A stretch of DNA of 64,000 nt from Spirochaetota bacterium (GCA_965208615.1 CBDBPB010000001.1:160001-224000), one strand, 5' to 3'; positions 44,405-55,908 are shown, counted from the first letter of the stretch. Translations and numbers: made by a program. The notes: generated by a model not told the origin, from the letters alone.

Positions 44405-45187
44405 TTAGTTATTAGTTATGGCATTTAACGAGCGACTAATCTCCAGCATAACTTCTTCATTAAATCCCCTTTTTCGTGTTATTATAAGAATATAAAAGGA
44501 CTGCTTACTTTTTAGATGTCCCAAAGACTTTACTAAGCCCCAACATAAAAACTGTTCATTTTTAGTAACTCTTCTAAGTCGCTCATTAACGATTGCAACT
44601 ATGGTATCTTTTCTTAATACATTATATCTTGCATATAGGTCCTTTTTTTTATCTTCTGCTTTTTCTTCCTGAACTTTTTCATATAGTTTTCCTATTGCTA
44701 TTGCGGCCATGGCTCTACAACGTTCTTCAGGATCACTTTTCATAGTACGAATCAGTCTATGGACAAACCTATATTTGGTATCATTATCTAGTCCATCTTG
44801 GTTCTCTGATAAAAGATAAGCAGAAGCTACTCTCACCCTCCATAGTTTACTAAGAGTATTATTCTCCCCATACACAGGATTAGCAATACCATCTTCAAGA
44901 GCAATATCAAACATCTTTACTATATCTGGATCTCCAAAGCCCTTTTTAGCACCTATTTGAAGAATGTATATTTTAATTTCAGGATCATCAAAACTCATAT
45001 AATTTTTTAAAATAAATTTGCCATCAACTTTGTCAAGCTTATTAATATTATTTTTAATAAATTCGTCATCACTTAAATATAAATCTTTTTCAACAACCCC
45101 GCTTTCTCTATTCTCAGTGGTTCCCTGGGAGAATAACGGATAAACCAATAATAAATTGAATAAAGCAACCACTAGTATTTTTTTCAT
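44405..45187 (-). CDS. Exported HEAT-repeat-like hypothetical protein
   Basis: Signal peptide; WRVRVASAYLL, DPEERCRAMAAIAIG helical repeats. Confidence 0.55.
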   Translation of the reverse strand: MKKILVVALFNLLLVYPLFSQGTTENRESGVVEKDLYLSDDEFIKNNINKLDKVDGKFILKNYMSFDDPEIKIYILQIGAKKGFGDPDIVKMFDIALEDGIANPVYGENNTLSKLWRVRVASAYLLSENQDGLDNDTKYRFVHRLIRTMKSDPEERCRAMAAIAIGKLYEKVQEEKAEDKKKDLYARYNVLRKDTIVAIVNERLRRVTKNEQFLCWGLVKSLGHLKSKQSFYILIITRKRGFNEEVMLEISRSLNAITNN

Positions 45188-45322
45188 AACTAACTCCTGA
45201 TTATAAAAATGAATTTGACAATATACTCTTATATACGACCAGCTATAATAGTCTTATTATTCAATATAATCAAGATTTTAGATGTGGGAAAATAATTAAG
45301 TAACCTTTTTACCTAAACACAA

Positions 45323-46390
45323 TTACCTAAGTATAAAGAGTAAGTATAGGCCAAGTATATATAATATTCCAATAGAAAGGGTATCAACACCAAGGGGACC
45401 GTATTTTTTCTTATTCCTCAGCATAAGGCTGGATAGCACAATACCAATGAATATAATACTAATAAGCCCGGTGATTATGTGATTGGGATGGCTTAATGCA
45501 AAAACATCGTTAATAATTAGTTCAGAGTTAGTTATCCTGCCTAACCTATAGAATCCATCAGAAAAAGATAAAATTGCCAGATTAAAAAGATTGCTACCAA
45601 ACAAGTTGCCCAAAGCCATATCACTTCTACCAAGCCTTATAGCAGAAATTGATACAACAACTTCTGGCAAACTAGTAGTAAATGCCATAAATAGCGTTCC
45701 TACAAACGTACCCCCGAGTTCTAGTCCACTAATTTTAAGTTTACTAATGCCATCACAACTATAGGACAAAAGTATGGCAGAACAAAATACTAATATGGAC
45801 GAAAAAACAAATCCAATAATAGCCTGATTTTTAGTAATAGATTTACTATTATGATCATCATCGATTTTTTCAACATTACCTTTTTCATATTTATATACGA
45901 TGATCATCCCGCCAACATAGAAAATCATAAGTATAAAGGAAAAGTACCAAAAATCATAACCACTCAACGTAGACAAATTTGATATATATATCATAAGCAA
46001 GACAATAGAGGTAATAAAGATAACAATCCCCCCAGTCATAATATTCTTTTGACTAGCACCATATAGTATTGGTCTTTGTCTAACAAAGAAGTCCATTATA
46101 ACGAGGATAAATATATTAGTCATGTTACTACCAAGAACGTTGCCAAAGGACAAATCAACATTCCCTATAAACGATGCGGATGACGAAGAAAATAGCTCTG
46201 GCAGTGATGTAGCCGCTGATAATAAAATTAATCCCACGAGACTATATCCCAATTTTGTTGTTTTTGCAATAGCCTCACCATAAGCAGCAAGTCTCATAGC
46301 GGATATCACCGTTATAACCGAAGCGACTATAAATAACATTATAACAGCTATGTCAGACTGAGCAATAAATAACGATATTTTATCCAGCAT
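45323..46390 (-). CDS. Sodium:calcium (CaCA/YrbG family) antiporter
   Basis: Two alpha repeats, ATSLPEL...GNVLGSN and TTSLPEV...GNLFGSN. Confidence 0.9.
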   Translation of the reverse strand: MLDKISLFIAQSDIAVIMLFIVASVITVISAMRLAAYGEAIAKTTKLGYSLVGLILLSAATSLPELFSSSSASFIGNVDLSFGNVLGSNMTNIFILVIMDFFVRQRPILYGASQKNIMTGGIVIFITSIVLLMIYISNLSTLSGYDFWYFSFILMIFYVGGMIIVYKYEKGNVEKIDDDHNSKSITKNQAIIGFVFSSILVFCSAILLSYSCDGISKLKISGLELGGTFVGTLFMAFTTSLPEVVVSISAIRLGRSDMALGNLFGSNLFNLAILSFSDGFYRLGRITNSELIINDVFALSHPNHIITGLISIIFIGIVLSSLMLRNKKKYGPLGVDTLSIGILYILGLYLLFILR

Positions 46391-46678
46391 TACGAACTCC
46401 AAGACAACTAATTAACATATACGATTTCTGATTTATATTAGCTAACAATTTGCTAAAAAGCGTTTTATTAAACATAATAACTTGTTATCCTGCTTAAGCA
46501 GTTGATAACTCTTCTTAATCCAGCTTATTAAAATAACAAATATTGTCATTTTAAATAGTACAACAACTTTTTTTATTTTTACCTTGACTACGCCTGAATA
46601 TCAGTTTACCTTTAATCTAAGGCAGTTTATCCCTAGCTATATAAATAATATAATTAACCTGAAAATTAGGAAAAGAAT

Positions 46679-47683
46679 ATGTCTAACTTAATAAAAAATT
46701 CATACCAATACCTCATCAACTCTAATAAACTTAAAAAAATATATAAACAAGTTAATAAACAGGAATCGTCATACAATAAAAATATGATAGAACTAGGTAA
46801 AAAATTCAAAGACCTAGGCCTCTCCAATGACCATGTTAATGAAGCAGTTATACAACTTACTAATATAGAAGAGGATATATATAAGGTTGATGAAAATATA
46901 GACCAGTTACAAAAAGAAATAACTCAAACAAAATCTACAATAAAAAGTATAACAGAAAAATACGATGACAATATCAAAAATGTTAATACTAAATTGGATG
47001 AACTAAACAAAACTAAAAAGCATACACAAAAAAAAGAAAAAGAAATTAATCACGATATATCTAGTAATAAAAAAGAAATTAAAAAATATGAAACGGAATA
47101 CAAAAATATAACAAACAATATCAACTCCATTAAACAAAATACTAAAAACTCAAACGGAATCGCTGAGGATACCTCAACCCTAGAAAATGAACTAACTAAT
47201 ATTGAAACACAAATAAAAACTCTAAAAGATAAACTCAATGATGATGATAATCAACTTAAAAATATAAACGAAGAACTTAACCCCGTAAATAACAATATAA
47301 AAGATGTTAATAAAGAACTATCCACTATAAAACATCAATCTAAACAAGAAAGTAATAAACATGAACAACAAACATCCGACCTGCAACTAAGAATAAGTCA
47401 ACAACAAATACATAAAAAAAATCTTGAGTCTAAAAAAATAATGCCATATAGAGAAATAGGTAAACTATTATACGAATCGCCTATTGAAAACGATAATCTA
47501 AATAAAAACTATGAAAAAATAAACCTCATAAAACAAAAAATAGATAAGCTTAAAGAACAAATTATTAAACTCGAAGACCTATTAAACTTACCATCCTCGA
47601 TTAAAGCTAAAAACTTTGTTAGAATGTCCTATATAGGCATAATTATTATAGTAATTATAATTGTAATAGCGATTAAATATTAA
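46679..47683 (+). CDS. Long coiled-coil protein with C-terminal membrane anchor
   Basis: Heptad-rich N/K/E/Q sequence; terminal IGIIIIVIIIVIAI helix. Confidence 0.6.
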   Translation: MSNLIKNSYQYLINSNKLKKIYKQVNKQESSYNKNMIELGKKFKDLGLSNDHVNEAVIQLTNIEEDIYKVDENIDQLQKEITQTKSTIKSITEKYDDNIKNVNTKLDELNKTKKHTQKKEKEINHDISSNKKEIKKYETEYKNITNNINSIKQNTKNSNGIAEDTSTLENELTNIETQIKTLKDKLNDDDNQLKNINEELNPVNNNIKDVNKELSTIKHQSKQESNKHEQQTSDLQLRISQQQIHKKNLESKKIMPYREIGKLLYESPIENDNLNKNYEKINLIKQKIDKLKEQIIKLEDLLNLPSSIKAKNFVRMSYIGIIIIVIIIVIAIKY

Positions 47684-48377
47684 TATCGTAATGGTGAATT
47701 AAAAAATAACTCTTGGCAGACTTACCCAAATACTCTGCATAGTCCTTATATAAATGGTTAATAAACTTACCATGAAAATCCTTATCATAGGTAGCCTCTA
47801 ATATAGCTAAATCAACACCCTCTACCTCCTTTTCTAATATAGGATTTTTTATGGTATCCCCTGAATAAACTACTAACTCATCACCAATAGAAATACGATA
47901 TCCAAATGCAGACATATATTTAGAGTCTGTATTAATAGATTCATAGTGCAAAGCAGGAAAAGGCTTTATAATAAAATTAGATATGCTTTCAAATACGCCA
48001 TCCTTTATCTCATTGTAATATAACGTATATCTAAGCTTTTCTCCGTAAAACTTCAAAAATAACTGAATCATATCATAAACTTGATTGCAATTAATAGGTG
48101 CTATTATATTTAACTCTCCCTTATAGTCAACAAGGTGTAAAACAAATAAAAGTGAGTATAACCCTCCATAATGATCAGTATGTCCGTGAGTTATTAATAT
48201 CCCTTTAAGATTATTTAATTTAATGTTTTTCTTTATTAAATCCCTTGTTACTCCATCTCCACAGTCCAGGAGGATAAAGTCATCCGAACTCTTATCAGTT
48301 AACACAATCTGAGTAGCTATTCCAGCTTTAGAATACAAAACCTCAACAGAAATATTTTTACCCTGCCATATTTGCAT
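47673..48377 (-). CDS. MBL-fold metallo-hydrolase (RNase Z-like)
   Basis: LLDCG, THGHTDH, YSGDT, EATY, terminal His. Confidence 0.8.
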   Translation of the reverse strand: MQIWQGKNISVEVLYSKAGIATQIVLTDKSSDDFILLDCGDGVTRDLIKKNIKLNNLKGILITHGHTDHYGGLYSLLFVLHLVDYKGELNIIAPINCNQVYDMIQLFLKFYGEKLRYTLYYNEIKDGVFESISNFIIKPFPALHYESINTDSKYMSAFGYRISIGDELVVYSGDTIKNPILEKEVEGVDLAILEATYDKDFHGKFINHLYKDYAEYLGKSAKSYFLIHHYDINI

Positions 48378-48514
48378 TAAAACTCCACATAAGTTATTAC
48401 TAAACTAAATAAACCATACAACTTATACCTTATTCAAACAATACTTAAAATTTATGCAATATTTAATAAAAAATTACTTTTTTGTTACGACAATATTAGC
48501 TATACTTCTACATT

Positions 48515-49450
<936 letters not shown>

Positions 49451-49463
49451 CGCCTATACTAAT

Positions 49464-49865
49464 ATGAAAAAAAAGACTAACTTAATAATTAAAATCATCC
49501 TAAATGTAGTAGGTACTGTTAGCTTAGCATTAGGAGTAATAGGAATATTTTTACCGCTACTACCAACAACTCCATTTTTATTGCTCGCCTCTCTATGCTA
49601 TGTTAAAGGATCCAAAAAGTTATACAATAAGCTTATGACTAATAAGTATTTAGGACCTTATATAAAAGGCTTTAAAAATAAACAAGGTATGCCCCTAAAA
49701 GCTAAGTATTATAGTATAATTTTGTTATGGGTTTCTCTTGGTATATCTATGTATTTATATATGTACAACAATGTTATATTGTTTATTTTATCCGTTATTG
49801 GCGTTAGTGTAAGCATACTAATCTTTAAAATGAAAACCCTTAACAAAGAAGCAAATACAGATTAA
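49464..49865 (+). CDS. YbaN/DUF454 family membrane protein
   Basis: LGVIGIFLPLLPTTPFLLLA, G.P.KAK. Confidence 0.9.
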   Translation: MKKKTNLIIKIILNVVGTVSLALGVIGIFLPLLPTTPFLLLASLCYVKGSKKLYNKLMTNKYLGPYIKGFKNKQGMPLKAKYYSIILLWVSLGISMYLYMYNNVILFILSVIGVSVSILIFKMKTLNKEANTD

Positions 49866-49879
49866 ATGATTATTATATC

Positions 49880-50668
49880 TTATACCCCTTGAAAACCTTT
49901 ATAAAGACGGTAAGCCTCTAATAGTATATCATAAAATGACTTCGAAGCCGCAGAATTATAAAATAATCTAAGAGAAGTAAAATTGCTATTAGGCTGTCTA
50001 TAAAGATATAAAATTAGAACGTTTATAGCAATTTGTTTAAGAGGTCCAGCTTTTATATATTTGTGGGAAGATACACTAACATATTTATGAATAATACATA
50101 CCCTCTTTTTCGAGTAGGCTTTTACTAAAAAATCAGAATAACAAATATCCTCCATAAAATGCTTAGAAAAAGGATTTTTTATACATATATCCCGTCTCAT
50201 AAACATAGCATTAGTACCCGCCATCCGTTTTAAAAAAATCGCTCTAATATTGGCCATCTTTGCAGTTATACCAAAGAAAAAAGATGGATTATAACGTTTT
50301 AAAAAACCTCCAGCAATATAATTTTCATTTTCCATAGCCTTAGAAATATATCTTAATGCGTTATCTGGTAAAGTATTATCCACATGCAGTATTAGCAGTA
50401 TATCCCCTTTTGCCTGCTTAATACCTAGGTTTATAGACTGTCCTCTGGTTAAGGGATCATAATCAGTAACGCTTAAAACTACTTTTAGCTCTACCTTGCT
50501 ATCATTGAAAAGATCCGTAATATTATTTAATATCTTAGGAAAATAACTCTTTTCTGCATCCGAAAAGATTAGTTCACACGGGTAGTCCTGAGAAATAAGG
50601 CTTTTTATTAAGGGTATAAGCTTTTCTATTTTCGGTCTGTAGGTTGGAACAATTATAGAAATCAACAT
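49880..50668 (-). CDS. GT2 glycosyltransferase resembling the TIGR04283 family
   Basis: ISIIVPT, RGQSINLG..AKGDILLILHVD..LP, AGGF, AMFMRR, FMED, VSS.KY. Confidence 0.65.
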   Translation of the reverse strand: MLISIIVPTYRPKIEKLIPLIKSLISQDYPCELIFSDAEKSYFPKILNNITDLFNDSKVELKVVLSVTDYDPLTRGQSINLGIKQAKGDILLILHVDNTLPDNALRYISKAMENENYIAGGFLKRYNPSFFFGITAKMANIRAIFLKRMAGTNAMFMRRDICIKNPFSKHFMEDICYSDFLVKAYSKKRVCIIHKYVSVSSHKYIKAGPLKQIAINVLILYLYRQPNSNFTSLRLFYNSAASKSFYDILLEAYRLYKGFQGV

Positions 50669-50847
50669 ATTTTATTTTGGATCCTAACAATTTCTGAAAA
50701 GATCCTATATTTAATTTATTTTGTCAAGTTAAAATATATTTTTATACCATACAGTTTAGTATATAAAACTTTCTACATTGACCTTTATCCCTAACACCCT
50801 AAGTAATACCATATTATATCATAGTATAAGGCTATTAAAAAAACAAA

Positions 50848-51474
50848 TTAGACTTCTATAAAACTCTTTGTAAACTTTGCAAACTCGCGATAAAAAGCTA
50901 ATTCTGCGTTAGAAATAACCTTATCACAAAAGCCATTTATCCACTTAGATAAATGCTCATTTATAAACTTTAGCTCTAACTCCTTACATTCTTTGGCTTT
51001 GCTTTCATTTTTATTCGACCAAGCCTTAGATTCCTCTTTTGTTATTTCTTTTAAGAACTCCAGTTCAACACTAATATGGTCATCTAAACCTGTATAATTA
51101 TGTTTATAGCTAAAACCACAAACTTCAATAAACCTCTTAACTTTAACAGCCGATTCTCCAAGTAATGATTTATCAACATGAACAGATTCGCTTGGGTTAA
51201 TATGTTTATCAGGCCCAATAAATAGCTTGGTATATTCTAGTGACAGCTCCTCAAGAAGTATGGATTCAGGTTTATTAAGGAAATCTTCATCCAGGTTAAC
51301 ATCCAAGCTGGATAAGGTCATCAAAAAATGATGATCCCTTATTTTTCGGATAAGAACACTATCCGGCTCATTAAAAAATATAATAGCTAAAAGTCCGTAT
51401 ATATTGCTACGAGCACTAGCCTCTGAAGCAAGTGTTTCCCAATTAACTTCTTGTTTAATATTCATAGTTAGCAA
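50848..51474 (-). CDS. TorD/DmsD-family molybdoenzyme maturation chaperone
   Basis: EYTKLFIGP..P.ESV, DHISVELEF, F..EHL..W. Confidence 0.92.
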   Translation of the reverse strand: MLTMNIKQEVNWETLASEASARSNIYGLLAIIFFNEPDSVLIRKIRDHHFLMTLSSLDVNLDEDFLNKPESILLEELSLEYTKLFIGPDKHINPSESVHVDKSLLGESAVKVKRFIEVCGFSYKHNYTGLDDHISVELEFLKEITKEESKAWSNKNESKAKECKELELKFINEHLSKWINGFCDKVISNAELAFYREFAKFTKSFIEV

Positions 51475-51491
51475 ATCCTTTTATTTGATTA

Positions 51492-51514
51492 TCTAGCGGT
51501 AATATACCGCTAGA
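51492..51514. terminator. Perfect hairpin between the catalytic subunit gene and the TorD-like gene
   Basis: TCTAGCGGTA-ATA-TACCGCTAGA; no clear U-tract. Confidence 0.45.
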
Positions 51515-51527
51515 CTTAAATACTTAC

Positions 51528-54209
51528 TTATACTTTTTCAACCTTAACAACACTATCCATCCACCTCTGCTGTCCATTAAGAGGGTCTGGAGAGTTAGCT
51601 ATCAACCAATTAGGATGCGCACCAAATCCATCAACCCACTTTCCATCATTAGTCTTTTGTCTACCTTTTGCCCACCATCTTCTATCATTAACGTCAGCGT
51701 CAGAGATAACCTTAGAATCTATTTCGCTATGATTCTTTCCTGATGCAGTCCGTCCATACTGCCAATGTCCAAGATGATATGATATGGCTATAACACCAGG
51801 GGTAATAGACTCTGTAACATGAGCCTTTGTAATAACTCCATCCGACTTAACATTAGGATTTGTTAACTTAATCATATCGCCATGTTTAATACCCTTTTCT
51901 GCCGCAGTCTTAGAGTTTATCCATGCTGGATTCTCATGATATATCTCAGTTAACCACTTACAGTTTGCAGTCCTTGAGTGAGTATGAACATTCACCTTAT
52001 AAGTTGTTAACATAAGCTCATCAGCCTTTTTATTTTTATGCTCAGGAATCTCCATATAAGTAGGCATTGGGTTTTCGCCTTTAAGCTCAAGAAGATCAGA
52101 GTAAATCTCAAGATATCCAGACTTGTTAACAGCATCAGGGTTAAAGCCTTTATAAAGCTTATCCCCTATCTTCTGGGCAACATAACCCTTATATGCCTTT
52201 TTAGTCTTTGTATAACCTTTTGATCTTGCCTCTTCAGCGCTATTAGCCTTAGACTTATGCCAGTTCCAATATACGCCTGTTTTCTGATCAAAGATTACAC
52301 CATCTTTTCTGGTCTCTTCAGCACTAATTTCTATTTTGTATCTATAATAACCAGGGGCTGGTTTATCTAATTTAGCAGAAGGATCGTCATGCCAAACACC
52401 ACCACGCTTTTTCATATACTCAAAAGGATCTTCACCTACCTTTTTAGCCGCCTCCACAACCTCTTTGGTTTTATGACATGACTTCTTAACAAAGTCTTCT
52501 TTACTAGTAACTCCCCCTATATCTAGATTCATCATTTTTGCAAGATCACATACAACATCACCAAAGTCCCTTGACTCACCTAAAGGCTTAATAAGAGGTT
52601 GACGAATATAATGCTCCCCTATTTGAGTTGGGGATACCATATCTTCCCAGTCCCACCTTTCAAGATAGGTAGCATCAGGTAAGATTAAGTCCGCTAATGA
52701 AGTGGACTCACTATAAAAAGGGTCTATGGCAACAGTAAATGGTAAAAGCTTCTCATCTTTCAATACATCAATATTCTCCTGGCACTCACCATTAACATAA
52801 ACAGGGTTATAACAGTACCACATATACAAATCAGGTCTACCAAACTCCTTGCCATAATCCTTAATCATCTTAAAAACCCAATGGCTCATGTGATGAGTAG
52901 GAAAAGCAGCATAACCCTTATGCCCTTTTTCAGGGTGACCATCTACAATCTTAAGACCCTTACCCTTAGGTGGATTCTTAGGCTTAGGATAACTCCAACC
53001 AGAACCAACTCCCTTACACCTACCACCAGGATTATCAATATTACCTGTTATACCAGCAAGAGTCTGAGCAGCTCGTTCAGCCTCATTCCCATTATAATGA
53101 GCAATTGCACCCCTATAAGTTATTAAACAAGCAGGCTTTGTTGTAGCAAACTCCTTAGTTAATGACACTATCTTTGAAGCAGGTACACCGCTAATCTTTG
53201 ATGCCCACTCTGGTGTATACTTAGCAAAGTGACTCTTTAACGCTGCTATCTTTTCGTCCACTGTGTTTTGAGCCTGGTTTGTAACCTTCATAAACTTTAT
53301 AAAATCTCTATCATAAAGGTTATTCTCCATAACAACATTACACATGGACAGAAGAATAGCACAATCAGACCCAGGCTTTACAGGAACCCACTCAGATGAC
53401 CTTGCAGCTGTGTTAGAAAGCCTAACATCAAAAGTTACCATCCTAACTCCCCTATTACTCATGGCATCAGCTATCCTCTGAGCAACAGGTATATGATTAG
53501 TGTGAGTCTCAAAAATATTACTACCAAAGTTTAACATAAACTGTGTATGATCCGCATCCCAGTTGTCATAATGACCACCCCATGTTAACTCCTGAGAAGA
53601 CCACTTTCCGCCCTCACAAATGGATGTGTGATTACCAATAGTCTTAGTGCCATAAGCAGTCAAAAAACTACCCTTTATTATCTTACTAGAGCTAGCCTTC
53701 ATCCGTCCATAATGAAACATAAACTTAGCAGGATTATCAGCCCTTATTTCCTTAAGGCCTTTAACATGCTTACCATCTCGCTCATAACCATCCACAAGGA
53801 CCTTAAGAGCCTCTTTCCATGATAGCTTTTTCCACTTACCTTCACCACGCTTACCAGTCCTAAGCATAGGATATAATATCCTATCTGGATCATAAACCTG
53901 ATTTATACCAGCCTGACCCTTAGCACATATCTTACCCCTTCCCCTTTGAGAGTGAACTTGTCCCTCAAGCTTAACTAACCGACCGTCCTCTATGTAACCA
54001 ACCATAGAATCCCTTGTAACGCAAGACCAACAAGAAGTAGGTATCATCTTACGCTCGCCTTTAACCGAAAAATCTTTGTTACCCTTTTTAAAACTAGTCT
54101 TTATCTCTTTAGCCTCTAATACACCTTGCCCGGTAGCAACCAATGCTGCAGAAGCGGCACCCAGTTTTAAAAAATTACGTCTATCAATAGCTTTATTATC
54201 TGTTTTCAT
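51528..54209 (-). CDS. Tat-exported DMSO-reductase-family Mo/W-bisPGD catalytic subunit (TtrA/SrdA-like)
   Basis: RRNFLK Tat motif; CWSCVTRD...KICAKG FS0 region; NHTSICE; ADLILPDATYLERWD; HSRT; C-terminal PGD-binding domain. Confidence 0.88.
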   Translation of the reverse strand: MKTDNKAIDRRNFLKLGAASAALVATGQGVLEAKEIKTSFKKGNKDFSVKGERKMIPTSCWSCVTRDSMVGYIEDGRLVKLEGQVHSQRGRGKICAKGQAGINQVYDPDRILYPMLRTGKRGEGKWKKLSWKEALKVLVDGYERDGKHVKGLKEIRADNPAKFMFHYGRMKASSSKIIKGSFLTAYGTKTIGNHTSICEGGKWSSQELTWGGHYDNWDADHTQFMLNFGSNIFETHTNHIPVAQRIADAMSNRGVRMVTFDVRLSNTAARSSEWVPVKPGSDCAILLSMCNVVMENNLYDRDFIKFMKVTNQAQNTVDEKIAALKSHFAKYTPEWASKISGVPASKIVSLTKEFATTKPACLITYRGAIAHYNGNEAERAAQTLAGITGNIDNPGGRCKGVGSGWSYPKPKNPPKGKGLKIVDGHPEKGHKGYAAFPTHHMSHWVFKMIKDYGKEFGRPDLYMWYCYNPVYVNGECQENIDVLKDEKLLPFTVAIDPFYSESTSLADLILPDATYLERWDWEDMVSPTQIGEHYIRQPLIKPLGESRDFGDVVCDLAKMMNLDIGGVTSKEDFVKKSCHKTKEVVEAAKKVGEDPFEYMKKRGGVWHDDPSAKLDKPAPGYYRYKIEISAEETRKDGVIFDQKTGVYWNWHKSKANSAEEARSKGYTKTKKAYKGYVAQKIGDKLYKGFNPDAVNKSGYLEIYSDLLELKGENPMPTYMEIPEHKNKKADELMLTTYKVNVHTHSRTANCKWLTEIYHENPAWINSKTAAEKGIKHGDMIKLTNPNVKSDGVITKAHVTESITPGVIAISYHLGHWQYGRTASGKNHSEIDSKVISDADVNDRRWWAKGRQKTNDGKWVDGFGAHPNWLIANSPDPLNGQQRWMDSVVKVEKV

Positions 54210-54224
54210 TCAATCCCCCTATCC

Positions 54225-55118
54225 TTAAGAAAAAAGTTGACCGCCAATTACGAAGGTATAACGAAATAAAAAACCTCCGATCAATAACAATATTGAACTT
54301 ACAATAAGTATTGAAGAACTCTGCTCTTCACCATTCTTCTCTTTGTAGTGTGTAAATATCCCAAGAAGTAAAGGTATAATAAGGCCTAGAACCATAACTC
54401 CTCCCCAAAAAACTAAACCAAAACTACTGTTAAAAGCACCAACAGCATGAATTGAATTACCATGATTAAGAGTTAACATCCAAAGCAAGAAAAGAAGAAT
54501 CTCAGAAATAATAGCAAGATTCAAAATTGTACTGGATGACTTTTTAATAGAAGCGTATAAGCCTCTTGTATTCTCTTTTAGGTTAAGAACTAATGTAACC
54601 GCAGCTAAACCAGTTATAATAACACTAATTACTGTAATCATAGTTGTTGGGCCTTGAGTCCAAAGAACCTTGCCCTCAACATTAGAAAATAAATATCCAT
54701 CAAAGCTGCCTATTATAAGAGCAAATGGAACACCAATATAACCTATCATCTTTCTAAGTTTGTCATTATCCTTATAATAAAAGAATGCGTGCATTAACGC
54801 TAAAGGAAAATAGAAAAACTGAGCCCATGCCTTCCATGAAAGAGGAGACATAAGATTAAGTCCACCCGTAAAAAATCTAAACATACGGAAAGGTTTTCCA
54901 AGTTCCATAAATAAGAACAAAAAGCCTATTATAATAGATATAGGGGCAATATAAGCAGCTATCTTAGCTGTATTTTTATACTTGTCCTTATAATAGGTGC
55001 TTATAAAAATAGAAAAAAGAAAAGCCCCAACAGAAATACCGCCAAAATATATATCAGCGGCAATACGCCAATCCCAATATACACGATGAAAAACATCGTA
55101 AAAAACTGTATTATCCAT
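54225..55118 (-). CDS. NrfD/PsrC/TtrC-like membrane anchor
   Basis: WDWRIAADIYFGG, ELGKPFR, SPLSW, GGFLFRY; about 8 TM helices. Confidence 0.9.
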   Translation of the reverse strand: MDNTVFYDVFHRVYWDWRIAADIYFGGISVGAFLFSIFISTYYKDKYKNTAKIAAYIAPISIIIGFLFLFMELGKPFRMFRFFTGGLNLMSPLSWKAWAQFFYFPLALMHAFFYYKDNDKLRKMIGYIGVPFALIIGSFDGYLFSNVEGKVLWTQGPTTMITVISVIITGLAAVTLVLNLKENTRGLYASIKKSSSTILNLAIISEILLFLLWMLTLNHGNSIHAVGAFNSSFGLVFWGGVMVLGLIIPLLLGIFTHYKEKNGEEQSSSILIVSSILLLIGGFLFRYTFVIGGQLFS

Positions 55119-55133
55119 AATTTTTCTCCTTAT

Positions 55134-55838
55134 TTAAAGAACTACTTCTTTTTGCTTGTAAAAAGTTTCACTACGCTCCATGTCAATATAAAAAACCCTG
55201 GGCATAGTTCCAGCAAACTCTTTATCCACAGTAACAGCATTTTTGGAGACAATCTTAGATATCTCACTATTTGGATCGTTTAAATCACCAAAAACCCTTG
55301 CTCTTGGCGGACAAGTATTAACACAAGACGGCTCTACGCCATTTACAACCCTATCCACACAAAAATCACACTTGCTAGCTACCTGCTTATCTGGGTGAAT
55401 AAATCGCTTATCATAAGGGCAATTTATAACACAATATTTACACCCAACACAAACATCATCACTAACCACTACTATACCATCATCTCTTTGATAAGTAGCA
55501 CCTGTTGGACAAACAGATACGCAAGACGGCTTTTTACAATGATTACATAAAACAGGAAGGAAGTTCCTCTTAGTATCTGGAAATTTACCCTTCTCAGATA
55601 CCTTTACCCAACTCCTCCATACTCCTAATGGAACATCATATTGTGCCTTACAAGCCACACTACAACTATGACACCCATAACACTTTTTTAAATCAATAAC
55701 CATACCATAACGTGGCCCAGTGGTAGTGTGTTCTTGACTTGCAGTACAACTTACTACACTATAACTAGCTACGGCAACGGCTGACTTTTTGATAAAACCT
55801 CTTCTGTTAATAGGTTTATCAACTGAGTTCTCTGGCAT
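55134..55838 (-). CDS. 4x[4Fe-4S] electron-transfer subunit with Tat signal (TtrB/SrdB/NrfC-like)
   Basis: RRGFIK; CYGCHSCSVAC, CNHC..PSCVSVCP, CVGCKYCVINCP, KCDFC...CVNTCP. Confidence 0.93.
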   Translation of the reverse strand: MPENSVDKPINRRGFIKKSAVAVASYSVVSCTASQEHTTTGPRYGMVIDLKKCYGCHSCSVACKAQYDVPLGVWRSWVKVSEKGKFPDTKRNFLPVLCNHCKKPSCVSVCPTGATYQRDDGIVVVSDDVCVGCKYCVINCPYDKRFIHPDKQVASKCDFCVDRVVNGVEPSCVNTCPPRARVFGDLNDPNSEISKIVSKNAVTVDKEFAGTMPRVFYIDMERSETFYKQKEVVL

Positions 55839-55908
55839 ACTCTTCTCCTTGTTATATAAATTTATTAATAAGCTTATAATAAGCTACTTAATACATAATT
55901 AGCTACAT

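Noticed and set aside
46679-47683. SMC protein or phage tape-measure protein
   Set aside because: No Walker motifs or phage context; it is only a coiled coil with a TM tail.
51528-54209. Calling the Mo enzyme ArrA, ArxA or definitively TtrA
   Set aside because: It lacks the (R/K)GRY and GRGWG motifs. The substrate cannot be assigned without a phylogeny, so no gene symbol is given.
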